NCBI GenBank assembly: GCA_963760735.1
Contig: CAVXEB010000007.1
Location: 62,110 to 126,109, forward strand
Direction of reading: 5' to 3'
Origin: an uncultured Chloroflexia bacterium
Lineage (GTDB): Bacteria; Chloroflexota; Limnocylindria; Limnocylindrales; CSP1-4
DNA: 64,000 bases
The position numbers and the translations under genes are program-made. This document shows, in pieces, positions 27,868-36,692 of the stretch. The notes under the pieces were generated by a model, which worked only from the letters and a program-made list of their open reading frames with translations, was not told the DNA's origin and made no database searches. Position 1 is the first letter of the stretch, and every line of letters starts with the position of its first letter.

Positions 27868-29616
27868 ATGGATCGAGTCCGGGTTGGAGCCCTCGCCGCG
27901 GTTGCGGTCGCCGCCATCGCCCTTGCAGGCCTGGCACCCGTGGTCGTCGCCGCGGGCCCGCCGTTCCCCGAGCCGACCCCGGGCGTCCGCGTCTACGACG
28001 AGGCGGGGATCTTCAGCGCGGACACGATCGAACGAGCGGACCAGATCGTCCGCGCGATCGAGAACCGGACCGGCGCCCAGGTGGTCGTCTACACCCAGGG
28101 GGTCGAGGACGGCCGGACGACCGAGGAGGCGGACCAGGACGCGCGGGCCCTGATGGACCAGTGGGGTGTCGGCCGGAAGGGGTTCGACGACGGGCTCGTG
28201 ATCCTGTTCGACATGTACCCGGGCAACGAGCACGGCCAGGTGAACCTGTACGGCGGTCCGGGCTTCCGCGCGACGTTCCTCGACAACGGGCAGAAACAGA
28301 AGATCTTCGACGAGGACATGTTGCCGCGGCTCCGCGGCGGCGACTTCGACGGTGCCCTGTTGGCCGCCCTCGAGAAGGTCGACGCCGCCGCGACGCCCGA
28401 GCATGCCGCGACCCTCGAGCGAGCGCGCCAGGTCGACGCCGTCGCGGGGCTGCTGGTGGCGCCGGTCCTGTTCCTCCTGATCGTCGGCCGCGCGCTGTGG
28501 TCCTGGCGGCGATACGGCAAGGACCCCGTGTACCTGGACGATCCGTCGATCCTCATGGCCGGACCGCCCGAGGCCCTGACGCCGGCCGATGCGGTCTTCG
28601 TCAACGAGGGCCGCTCGTCCCGCCGGGCCCTGACGACGGCGATGCTCGACCTCGCCAGCCGCGGCAGGATCGCGTTCCGCGAGGAGCACGGGTTCCTCGG
28701 CACGGGTCGCAAGGTCGGGATCGAGACGCAGCCCGCCCCGCCGGATCCGGAGACGGCGGCCCGCCAGCGGCTCAACGAGGCCCGCGCGCTCGGCCCGGCC
28801 GAGGAGGTCGCCGAGCAGCGCCTCCGCACGGTCAAGCACGACGACGGCGGCTACATCGAGCCCGACGAGCTGCTCGCCTTCGGCGCGGCGGTGCCCGTCT
28901 TCGACCGCGCGCTCGAGACCGAAGTCGTGAAGCGAGGCTGGTTCGGCGAGAAGCCGTCGAAGGTCATCGTCCGCTGGTCGACCCGCGGCATCGTGATCGC
29001 GATCCTCGGCGGGATCGGGATCTTCCTCGGGATCATCCTGCCGAGCAACGGGCTGCTCTTCATCGGTGGCGCTCTGCTCGCCGCCGGGATCGTCGTCCTG
29101 GTCATCGGGCTCCAGATGCCGTCGGTGACGCTCGCCGGCGCGATGATTCTGGCGATGACCGCGGCCTACCGGCGGACGCTGAAGAAGACGATGGACCAGG
29201 CCCGATCGATGGACCAGGTCATCGCCGAGGCAGGCCTGCCGTGGCTCGAGACGCCCGACCAGGCCGTCGTCTGGGGCACCGCGCTGGGTCTCCATGACGA
29301 GATCGAGCACGTCCTCGAGCGCAGCCTCGACGATCAGCGAGAGGGCCGGGTTGCGGCGGGCTCGGTCTGGGTCCCGACGTGGTACGCCTCCGGGGCCGGT
29401 GGCGGCACGGCGTTCGCCGGCGGCGGCGACTTCGCCGGAGCCGGCTCGGGCAGCGGCGGCGTGTTCTCCAGCTCGGCCGTCCCGAACCTCGGCGGGATGA
29501 TGGCGGCGCTCGGGACGATCGGCAACTCGCCCTCGTCGTCAGGGTCGGGGGGTGGCGGCGGTTTCGGCGGCGGCGGCTCGGGTGGCGGTGGCGGCGGGTC
29601 CGGCGGCGGCTTCTAG
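27868..29616 (+). CDS. TPM-domain / DUF2207-type membrane protein with Gly-rich C-terminal tail
   Basis: Signal peptide, TPM-like VYDEAGIFSADTIERADQIVRAIENRTGAQVVVYT, several TM helices, tail GSGGGGGFGGGGSGGGGGGSGGGF. Confidence 0.8.
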   Translation: MDRVRVGALAAVAVAAIALAGLAPVVVAAGPPFPEPTPGVRVYDEAGIFSADTIERADQIVRAIENRTGAQVVVYTQGVEDGRTTEEADQDARALMDQWGVGRKGFDDGLVILFDMYPGNEHGQVNLYGGPGFRATFLDNGQKQKIFDEDMLPRLRGGDFDGALLAALEKVDAAATPEHAATLERARQVDAVAGLLVAPVLFLLIVGRALWSWRRYGKDPVYLDDPSILMAGPPEALTPADAVFVNEGRSSRRALTTAMLDLASRGRIAFREEHGFLGTGRKVGIETQPAPPDPETAARQRLNEARALGPAEEVAEQRLRTVKHDDGGYIEPDELLAFGAAVPVFDRALETEVVKRGWFGEKPSKVIVRWSTRGIVIAILGGIGIFLGIILPSNGLLFIGGALLAAGIVVLVIGLQMPSVTLAGAMILAMTAAYRRTLKKTMDQARSMDQVIAEAGLPWLETPDQAVVWGTALGLHDEIEHVLERSLDDQREGRVAAGSVWVPTWYASGAGGGTAFAGGGDFAGAGSGSGGVFSSSAVPNLGGMMAALGTIGNSPSSSGSGGGGGFGGGGSGGGGGGSGGGF

Positions 29617-30875
29617 CAATCGCCGGCGCTGCCGGCGACCCCGGCGGCGCTGATCTCGCGGAGGGCGGCGGCCAGCCGCTCGACATCGTCGGGCCCGTTG
29701 TGGAGCGCGCTCGAGACGCGGATCAGCCGGCGCGGGGGATCGGGTGATTCCGCGGCCGGAACCGGCCACGGGTAGATCGGGACCTCGATCCGGTACTCGT
29801 CGACCAGCCGCTGCTGGAGCGGGTCGGTGTCGAGCGGCGACGAGCCCGCGCCGGACGCGGCGAGCGGCCCGTCGGCGGGCAGGGGCAGCGCGACCATCGA
29901 GCCGATCATCGACGCAGGCGCGGGCGACGCGGCGTCGAGGCCGAGGGCCCTCGTCATCACCCCGCGGGTCGTCAGCGCCAGGTCGTGGTTGCGGGCCATC
30001 ACCGCCGGCCAGCCTCCGTCGAGGAGACCGCCGACCTCGGCCAGCGCGTCGGGCACCGAGAGCCACGCCGTCGGATCCAGCGTGCCCTGCCAGTCGAACT
30101 CGGCCCGGAACCGACTCGACGCCCCGTGCTCGCCGAGTGCCTGGTTGGCACCGTGGGAGATCGTCGTGGGCCGGACGCCACCCTGGCGGTCACGCCGCGC
30201 GTGCAGGAACCCGGCGCCCTTGGGGGCACAGACCCACTTGTGGAGGTTGCCCGTGTACCACGCCGCCCCGATCGCCTCGAGGTCGAGCGGGAGCATCCCC
30301 GGCGCATGGGCGCCATCGACGAGCGTCTCGACGCCCCGATCCGCCAGCACGGCGACGAGTCGCCGGATCGGGAGGACGAGCGCCGTCGGGCTGGTGACGT
30401 GGCTGAGCACCGCCAGCCGGGTGCGGTCGGTCACGCAGCCGAGGACGGCGTCCAGCACCTCGTCGTCGCCGGCGACCGGGAACGGGATCCGGGCGACCAC
30501 GACGCGCGCCCCATCCCGCTCAGCGACGTGCCGGAGGATGTTGATGACCGCGTTGTACTCGTGGTCGTCGGTCAGCAGCTCGTCGCCGGGCTCGAACCGG
30601 AGCGAGCGGACCACCGCGTTCACCGCGCCGGTCGCGTTCGTGACGAACGCAAGGTCGTCGGGATCCGCGCCGATGAACGCGCCGAGGGCCGCCCGCGCAT
30701 CGGCCAGGAGGGCGGGCAGGTCCCGCGCGAGGAACTGGACGGGCTGCGCCTCGAGACGGTCACGCCAGCGGCGTTGCGCGTCGAGGACGGATCGCGGGCA
30801 GGACCCGAACGACCCATGATTCAGGAAGGTCACCGAGGGGTCCAGCGGCCACCGCGGGGCGAGCTCCGAGGGCAT
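29613..30875 (-). CDS. Class V aminotransferase (isopenicillin-N-epimerase/cysteine desulfurase-like)
   Basis: 420-aa track ORF. FLNHGSFGS, SHVTSPT, and NLHKW (PLP Lys). Convergent 4-nt overlap (ctag) with the previous gene. Confidence 0.88.
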   Translation of the reverse strand: MPSELAPRWPLDPSVTFLNHGSFGSCPRSVLDAQRRWRDRLEAQPVQFLARDLPALLADARAALGAFIGADPDDLAFVTNATGAVNAVVRSLRFEPGDELLTDDHEYNAVINILRHVAERDGARVVVARIPFPVAGDDEVLDAVLGCVTDRTRLAVLSHVTSPTALVLPIRRLVAVLADRGVETLVDGAHAPGMLPLDLEAIGAAWYTGNLHKWVCAPKGAGFLHARRDRQGGVRPTTISHGANQALGEHGASSRFRAEFDWQGTLDPTAWLSVPDALAEVGGLLDGGWPAVMARNHDLALTTRGVMTRALGLDAASPAPASMIGSMVALPLPADGPLAASGAGSSPLDTDPLQQRLVDEYRIEVPIYPWPVPAAESPDPPRRLIRVSSALHNGPDDVERLAAALREISAAGVAGSAGDC

Positions 30876-30904
30876 CGCCCGATGATGACGGGTACACTCG
30901 GACC

Positions 30905-31234
30905 GTGGGTGCCGTGGACACGATGGACTCCTTCTTCGAGTTGCTGAACGCGGGCGATCGCGAGGCGGCGGTCGGGCTCATGGCGGAGAACGCCGAGATG
31001 CGAATCCACGTCGGCGACAGTGCCCAGACGCTCCGTGGCGTCGAGCGCGTCGGCGGCTGGTTCCTCCGCGGCGACAACGGGCTCCGGATGATCCCCGGTG
31101 ACGTCCGCGACACCGGCAACACCTACGAGGCCGACGTCCTCGTCGTCCGACCCGGGGCGCCGTCGATCCACCTCGATGCGACGTTCCGCGTCGAGGCCGG
31201 GAAGATCACCTCGATCAACCTGGCGCCCCGGTAG
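30905..31234 (+). CDS. Small SnoaL/NTF2-like protein
   Basis: 109-aa track ORF (GTG 30905; alternative ATG 30923 MDSFFELLNAGDREAAVGLMAENAEM). The family call is weak. Confidence 0.55.
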   Translation: MGAVDTMDSFFELLNAGDREAAVGLMAENAEMRIHVGDSAQTLRGVERVGGWFLRGDNGLRMIPGDVRDTGNTYEADVLVVRPGAPSIHLDATFRVEAGKITSINLAPR

Positions 31235-31268
31235 CCCCGCGCCCCGACCGGCGGCGGCCTCTTGCCCC

Positions 31269-32588
31269 TCAGGTAGCCGCCGACGATGCCGCGGACGGCG
31301 CCACGGAGGGCGCGGCACCGTCGGGCGATGACGGGCTCGGCACCGGGATCACGATCTGCTGACCCTGCGTGACCTTGTTCGGATTCTTGATCTCGGGGTT
31401 CGCCGCGAGCAGCTCGTCGAGCGTCAGCCCGTTGGCCTTGGCGACCTTCGTGAGCGTGTCGCCCTTCTTGATCGTGTAGACGATCGGCGTCGCCGCCGGG
31501 ATCGGCGTCGGCTCGAGCGACGGCGAGGCGCCGCCGGACGGCGACGCGGTCGCGGCGGGTGACCCGCCGCCTCCGCCGAGGTTCAGGAGCCCGGGCAGGA
31601 AGAACAGGGCGACCGCGAGGAGTGCGACCGTGCCGGCCAGCAGGACGAGCCGCGGGACCTCCGGCATCCCCATCCGCGCCTTGATCGTCGGATAGGCCTC
31701 GTGGCGACGTGGTCGCTCCCAGTCCGGCCCGTCCGGGCCCCCGAGATGCTGGTCGTATGCGCGAGGACGGCGCGAGACGCGGCCGGGCGGCGCGTCGACG
31801 ACGCGGTACTCGTCGTCGGCCGGCGGGTCGGCGTGCCCGCCCGTGGCAGATCCGGGCGACGCGCTCGCGGCCGCGCCGGCCGCGCCGACGCCGGCCGCGG
31901 CGGTCCACGCGTCGGCCGAGCTGTCGGGCCGTCGGGCGGGCGGCGGGCCGCCGGCGAGCTGATCGGCGGCACTCCCGGCCAGACCTGCGCTCGGATCGGG
32001 CCGCTGACCGAGGAACGACGGCGGCTCGGCATCGCTCGGCATGCGACCGCCTTCGGACGAGGCCAGCCAGGGTGGCGGCGCCGCCCAGTCCCGCGGCGGG
32101 TTGCGCTGGACGGGCTCGTCGTCATGGTCGGGCGGGCGGGACCAGGGATCGTCGGCGTCCCCGTCGTCGGCGCGGTCGTCGGTGGGCTCGATCGGCGCCG
32201 AGCCTGTCGCATCCGAGGCGGCATCGTGGCCGGGGTCCTCGTCGGCCGGGCCCGACCCGGTCGCCGCAGCCGCAGCGAGCATGCCTGCGGCCAGCGCCGG
32301 TGTCGGGTCGTCCGGCGGCGGCACGGCGGCGGCACGGCTCGCCGCTGCCTCGCTCCGTGCCCGAGCGGATTCGCGCCGGGCCCAATCCTGGAATGTCGGA
32401 CAGACCGGGAAGGCGCTCGACAGGCAGTATGCCTCCTGGTGAGCCAGGGCCCGCGGGGCAGGATGCTGCTCGGCGTAGCACCGGTGGCGGTGGTCCGGGA
32501 CGGACGCCCGCTCGTCGCGATCGTCCTCGAAGGCGACGAAAGGACAGGCCGTGGCGCCGTCCGCGAGGGGCAGTCCGCGTTCCGTCAC
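31269..32588 (-). CDS. LysM peptidoglycan-binding protein with Cys/His-rich N-terminus, Pro/Ala-rich linker and one TM
   Basis: C-terminal LysM YTIKKGDTLTKVAKANGLTLDELLAANPEIKNPNKVTQGQQIVIP. N-terminus CPFVAFEDD...HRHRCYAEQH...CLSSAFPVCPTF. TM LVLLAGTVALLAVALFFLPGLL. Confidence 0.8.
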   Translation of the reverse strand: MTERGLPLADGATACPFVAFEDDRDERASVPDHRHRCYAEQHPAPRALAHQEAYCLSSAFPVCPTFQDWARRESARARSEAAASRAAAVPPPDDPTPALAAGMLAAAAATGSGPADEDPGHDAASDATGSAPIEPTDDRADDGDADDPWSRPPDHDDEPVQRNPPRDWAAPPPWLASSEGGRMPSDAEPPSFLGQRPDPSAGLAGSAADQLAGGPPPARRPDSSADAWTAAAGVGAAGAAASASPGSATGGHADPPADDEYRVVDAPPGRVSRRPRAYDQHLGGPDGPDWERPRRHEAYPTIKARMGMPEVPRLVLLAGTVALLAVALFFLPGLLNLGGGGGSPAATASPSGGASPSLEPTPIPAATPIVYTIKKGDTLTKVAKANGLTLDELLAANPEIKNPNKVTQGQQIVIPVPSPSSPDGAAPSVAPSAASSAAT

Positions 32589-32609
32589 GCCCCGATGATA
32601 CCGGCCCGA

Positions 32610-33491
32610 TCAGCCCTCGGCGGGCGGCCGGCTCGACGGCCGAGCTCGTGGCGGCACCCCGCCGACGGGCGGTGACGAAGGCGTCGAAGACGGTGCGGCG
32701 GGCGAGGCCGACGGTCCGCCGCCGGATGCCGCCGCCGGGACGCCGCCGGCCGGCCGCGGCGTCGTGCGCCCGTCGCCACCCCCGAGATCCAGCATGATCG
32801 TGTTGCCGGACGTCGCTCCGAGCTGCTGCAGGACGCGGAGCTGGAGCAGCCCCGGGTTCTCGTCGAGCAGCCGCCCGGAGTTGGCGAGCGACCGCAGCGC
32901 TGCGCCTTCGCCGCGAGCCCGCTCCAGCGCCGCCTCGCCCTCGCGTCGCGCGGCGACGATCCCGGCGAACGCCCGCTTCAGCTCCGAGGGCACCATCACG
33001 TCCCGGACGTCGACGCCGAGGAGCTCGACGCCGATCCGGGCGATCTCGCTCGCCACGGACTCGGCGATGGCCGGCCCGATCCCGCCGCGAGCCGCGAGGA
33101 TGTCGTCGGCCGTCCGGCGCGCGATCGCGTCCCGGAGTCCGGCGTGGAGCGCCGCGTAGAGGGCCGCCAGCCAGCTCTGGTCGTTGGTCAGGGCCGCCAC
33201 CGGATCGGCGACGACGTAGTGTGCCGTGAGGCTGATCTTCAGGGCGACACCGTCCGAGGTCAGGATCTCCTGACCGGGCACGGTCAGGAGCGTCGGCCGC
33301 GCGTCGAGCAGCTGGATCTCCGTGATCGGACGGATCGCGAAGTGCGTGCCCGTCGACAGCAGGCCAACGAGACGGCCCTGGCGATAGTGGAGACCGCGCT
33401 GGTAGTCCCGCACCGTGACCACGGTCACGAACGCCCGGATGAGCAGCGCCGCGACGACGACGACCAGGATCAGGACGATGATGCCTTCCAC
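32610..33491 (-). CDS. SPFH/Band-7 (stomatin/slipin-like) membrane protein
   Basis: GTG start with gcGGAGGacgc. N-terminal TM, then VRDYQRGLHYRQGRL...GVDVRDVMVPSELKRAFA. 21 nt upstream of the LysM gene on the same strand. Confidence 0.88.
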   Translation of the reverse strand: MEGIIVLILVVVVAALLIRAFVTVVTVRDYQRGLHYRQGRLVGLLSTGTHFAIRPITEIQLLDARPTLLTVPGQEILTSDGVALKISLTAHYVVADPVAALTNDQSWLAALYAALHAGLRDAIARRTADDILAARGGIGPAIAESVASEIARIGVELLGVDVRDVMVPSELKRAFAGIVAARREGEAALERARGEGAALRSLANSGRLLDENPGLLQLRVLQQLGATSGNTIMLDLGGGDGRTTPRPAGGVPAAASGGGPSASPAAPSSTPSSPPVGGVPPRARPSSRPPAEG

Positions 33492-33833
33492 GCGTCCTCC
33501 GCTTCATCGGCCCCGGTTATGCCATGCCCGCTCGACGCGATGGCGAGGAGCGCCGGCAGGTTGCGACCCGTCGCGCCGGATCCCGGACCGGCGACGGAGG
33601 CTCGAAGCCTGCAGGGCCGCCGTTCCGGTCGCCTCGGGGCCAGACCCGAGCGCGACAGGTCTTGCAGGAATCGAACCTGCGGTGCCAGGCGACCGGTGCA
33701 GGACGACCGTCGGCGATGCCGACAGGACGCTGACGAGGGCCGCGCGGCCGATGCTAGACGACGCCGCTGGTCGAGGCAACGCGGCCGGCACCCGCTCGCA
33801 GCGGCCTGCGCTCGCACGCCATCCGGCACGCGT

Positions 33834-33862
33834 TTGACAGCCGGCGGGCGCGCTCCGAGACT
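33834..33862 (+). promoter_or_regulatory. Possible sodN promoter
   Basis: TTGACA-17 nt-GAGACT, about 75 nt upstream of the sodN ATG. The -10 is weak. Confidence 0.25.
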
Positions 33863-33938
33863 CCGAATCACCGCACCGGACCGCACCATGTCCCGCGATC
33901 CCCCGGCGAACCCTTCCAGTGCCCACGAAGGAGACTCC

Positions 33939-34370
33939 ATGGTCCGTTTCCGCGACATCCTCGCGCCGAAGACCGTCGTGCACGCGCATTGCGACCTGCC
34001 GTGCGGCGTGTACGACCCCGAGCAGGCCCGGATCGAGGCCGAGTCCGTCTACAAGATCATCGAGAAGATGGGCGCCAACAGCGACCCGACGTTCACCGCC
34101 CGGGCGATCGGGATCAAGGAGCAGCGGGCCGACCTGGCGAAGCACCACCTCGACGTCCTCTGGCACGACTACTTCAAGCCGGAGCACCTCGAGAAGGTCC
34201 CGAACCTCCACGAGCTCTTCTGGAACGCGACCAAGCAGGTCAGCAAGGTCAAGGCCTCGACCGACCTCGCCGACGCGAAGAAGCTGCTCGAGATGATCGA
34301 CGAGATCGATGCCGCCTGGAAGGCGACCGGCGGCGAGGAGAAGACCCGGGTCGCCGGCCGGCCCTCCTGA
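33939..34370 (+). CDS. sodN: Nickel-containing superoxide dismutase precursor
   Basis: ATG 33939 preceded by GAAGGAGactcc. MVRFRDILAPKTVVHA|HCDLPCGVYDPEQARIEAESV carries the Ni-hook HCxxPCGxY after a cleavable leader. HHLDVLWHDYFKP. Confidence 0.95.
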   Translation: MVRFRDILAPKTVVHAHCDLPCGVYDPEQARIEAESVYKIIEKMGANSDPTFTARAIGIKEQRADLAKHHLDVLWHDYFKPEHLEKVPNLHELFWNATKQVSKVKASTDLADAKKLLEMIDEIDAAWKATGGEEKTRVAGRPS

Positions 34371-34380
34371 CCTCCCGTTC

Positions 34381-34857
34381 ATGACCGACCCGGAGCCCCG
34401 CCGGACGGCGGGGCTCCATCGTGTCGCCCGCGGCCGATCGCGCTCGGCCTCGCTCCGGGAGTGCCTGCGCGGCCCGTGGCGGGTCGCCGTCCGCGAGCGG
34501 TCGATGGCCCCGTCGATCCTGCCCGGTGACTGGCTCCTCGTCGACCCGACGGTCGCGCGATGGCCGCGCCGCGGCTCGATCGTCGTCTTCCGCGAGCCGG
34601 ATTCGGACCTCCTTGCGATCAAGCGGGTCGCCGCCGGTCCGGGCGACCCGGTCCGGCTCGACGCCGGTCACCTCGTCCTGGGAGACGACGAGGCGTGGCT
34701 CCTGTCGGACGCCCCGCTGGCCGTGCTCGCCGACGAGGCGGGCGGCGCGCCGATCGACTCCCGGCAGTACGGACCCGTGACCATCGACGGCCTCGTCGGG
34801 CGTGCCTGGTTCCGTTATGGTCCCGTGCGACGGGTGGGCCGGCTGCCCGGACGGTGA
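34381..34857 (+). CDS. sodX: S26-family Ni-SOD maturation peptidase
   Basis: ATG 10 nt after the sodN stop. ERSMAPSILPGD (Ser nucleophile motif), LAIKRV (Lys). Adjacent to sodN. Confidence 0.85.
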   Translation: MTDPEPRRTAGLHRVARGRSRSASLRECLRGPWRVAVRERSMAPSILPGDWLLVDPTVARWPRRGSIVVFREPDSDLLAIKRVAAGPGDPVRLDAGHLVLGDDEAWLLSDAPLAVLADEAGGAPIDSRQYGPVTIDGLVGRAWFRYGPVRRVGRLPGR

Positions 34858-34892
34858 CGCGTCGGAGCCATGCGGCTCCCGGGAGATTGCCC

Positions 34893-35685
34893 ATGTCACG
34901 CTCAGCAACGGGACGCGGTCGACGAAGCGCCTCCGTGGCGGCGTGCCTCCTCGGGTCGATCGCGCTCGCCGCGTGCGGCTCCGGGACGCCGGCTGCCGCC
35001 GGGACCCCGGCTGCACCGACGGCGTCGGTCGCGGCCCGGCCGACAGCCGCCCCGTCGAAGCCCGCCGCGCCGAGCGTCGCCGTCTCCGCGGCGCCGAGCG
35101 TCGAGGCGTCGGCCGCGGCCGACCTGCCCCGGAACGGCCGGATCGAGGTGGGCAACGCGGGCTACGCCGTCACGTTGCCGAAGAACTGGTTCCGGGTCGA
35201 CCTGACGAAGGAGGACCTCGAGGCGTTCGCCAAGGCCGGCAGCGGCAGCCTGGGACCGGGCATGACCGATCAGCTCGCCTCCCAGCTCAGCGCCCTCGTG
35301 TCGTCGGGCATCTCGCTGTTCGCCTATCGCTTCGCCGATTTCGGACTCGCGGATCGGGACCAACCTCAACGTGATCGTGCTGCCGTCCCTCGGGATGGAC
35401 CTCGACACGCTCGAGAACATGAACATCGGCCAGCTCCAGGGCATCGTCGGCAAGGACGTCGCGATCGACCACAAGCGGGAGACCCTGCCGGGCGGCAGCG
35501 CCATCCGGATCTCCTACTCGATCCCGCCGTCGTCGCGGACGAACAACCAGGAGGTCGCGCTCATCCAGCACCTCGTCCTGGGCACCGACAAGCAGCTGAT
35601 CCTCACCTGCACCGCGCCTGGCGGCATCGCCAGGATCGCCGACGAGTGCGACGGGATGGCGAAGACCGTGGAGTTCCTGCCCTAG
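34893..35685 (+). pseudogene. Lipoprotein of unknown function, one frameshift (~35355)
   Basis: MSRSATGRGRRSASVAACLLGSIALAAC|GSG is a lipobox. ...GISLFAYRFADFGLAD continues in another frame as GTNLNVIVLPSLGMDLDTLENMNIGQLQGIVG... (track ORF 35371..35685). Confidence 0.65.
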
Positions 35686-36587
35686 GCCGTCGTCGGGACG
35701 CGCTCGGCGAGCACCAGGCCCGCGGCGCGACAGTCGTCGGCGAAGGACGCCTGCGCCTCGAGGGTCGGCGACCAGCGCGTCGGGAACGCGACGACCCGGT
35801 CGAGACCGATCTCCGCGAACCGGCCGAGCAGGTCGACCCGGGCCTGCCCGGCGTCTCCGGCGGACTCGTCCTTCATGTAGAGCGAGAACCTGAGCGTCGC
35901 GGGGTCCCGTCCCTCCTCCTCGCAACGCCGCCGGACGTCGACCATGCGTGCCGCGATCTCGTCGGGCTCGAGGAAGACGTAGTTCAGCTCGTCGGCGAAG
36001 CGGATCGCGTAGCCGGCGGTCCGGCGCTCGCCGTTGCCGCCGACGATGATCGGGATCCGGGGCTGCTGGATCCCCTTCGGCACGTTGATCGCGTCGCGGA
36101 CGTGGGCATGCTCGCCCTCGTAGCTTGCCCGACCCGGAGCGAACATCCGGGAGATCACCTCGAGGTCGTCGCCGAACGCGTCCATCCGCTCGCCGATCGG
36201 CGGGAAGCCGTAGCCGTAGGCCTCCCACTCGTCCTTCTTCCAGCCGGCGCCGATGCCGAGCTCGAACCGGCCGCCGCTGATCACGTCGATCGTCGACGAC
36301 AGCTTCGCGGTGTGGGCCGGGTTCCGGAACCCGGTGCAGACGACCATGTGGCCGAGCCGGACTCGATGGGTCAGAACGGCCAGCGCCGACAGCACGGAGA
36401 ACGACTCGAACGTGATCTCGTCGGTCGGCTCGGGCACCGTGTGGAAATGGTCGAACACCCAGAGCGACTCGAACCCGAGCTCCTCGGCCTGGGCCGCCAG
36501 CTCGATCGTCCGTCCCCAGGCCGCGGCCGGATCCCAGCCGTCGTACTCGCCCTTCCAGCCCTGGGGCGCCATCAGCCCGACCTGCAT
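35682..36587 (-). CDS. LLM-class (luciferase-like) F420-dependent oxidoreductase
   Basis: ATG 36587 MQVGLMAPQGWKGEY. LWVFDHF, ELGIGAGW, typical 301 aa. Confidence 0.88.
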   Translation of the reverse strand: MQVGLMAPQGWKGEYDGWDPAAAWGRTIELAAQAEELGFESLWVFDHFHTVPEPTDEITFESFSVLSALAVLTHRVRLGHMVVCTGFRNPAHTAKLSSTIDVISGGRFELGIGAGWKKDEWEAYGYGFPPIGERMDAFGDDLEVISRMFAPGRASYEGEHAHVRDAINVPKGIQQPRIPIIVGGNGERRTAGYAIRFADELNYVFLEPDEIAARMVDVRRRCEEEGRDPATLRFSLYMKDESAGDAGQARVDLLGRFAEIGLDRVVAFPTRWSPTLEAQASFADDCRAAGLVLAERVPTTA

Positions 36588-36692
36588 CCGTGACCTCGCT
36601 TCTGATCTCGTGGATGTCGTTCGCTCGCCGTCATCGTCGCCCGTTTGACGGAACGGTGCCGCGGACGGGACCCGGACCCGTATCCTCGATCG

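Noticed and set aside
29530-29613. Repetitive ggc/ggt-rich stretch that could look like a tandem repeat
   Set aside because: It is in frame and encodes the Gly/Ser-rich tail (GSGGGGGFGGGGSGGGGGGSGGGF) of the TPM/DUF2207 protein. This is low-complexity coding sequence, not a repeat array or CRISPR.
29613-29616. 4-nt ctag overlaps of convergent stop codons (29613..29616 and 35682..35685) and other short convergent overlaps (43033..43041)
   Set aside because: These are a simple consequence of TAG read on both strands in a compact genome. There is no evidence of function.
33641-33760. Possible tRNA gene on the minus strand, suggested by the GCAGG-TTCGATT-CCTGC T-arm at 33680..33664
   Set aside because: The 7 nt after the T-stem (aagacct) have no complementary 5' acceptor strand at the expected distance. 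No D-arm or anticodon arm can be built. An 8-bp selenocysteine-type acceptor also fails. Kept only as a T-arm-like fragment in the findings.
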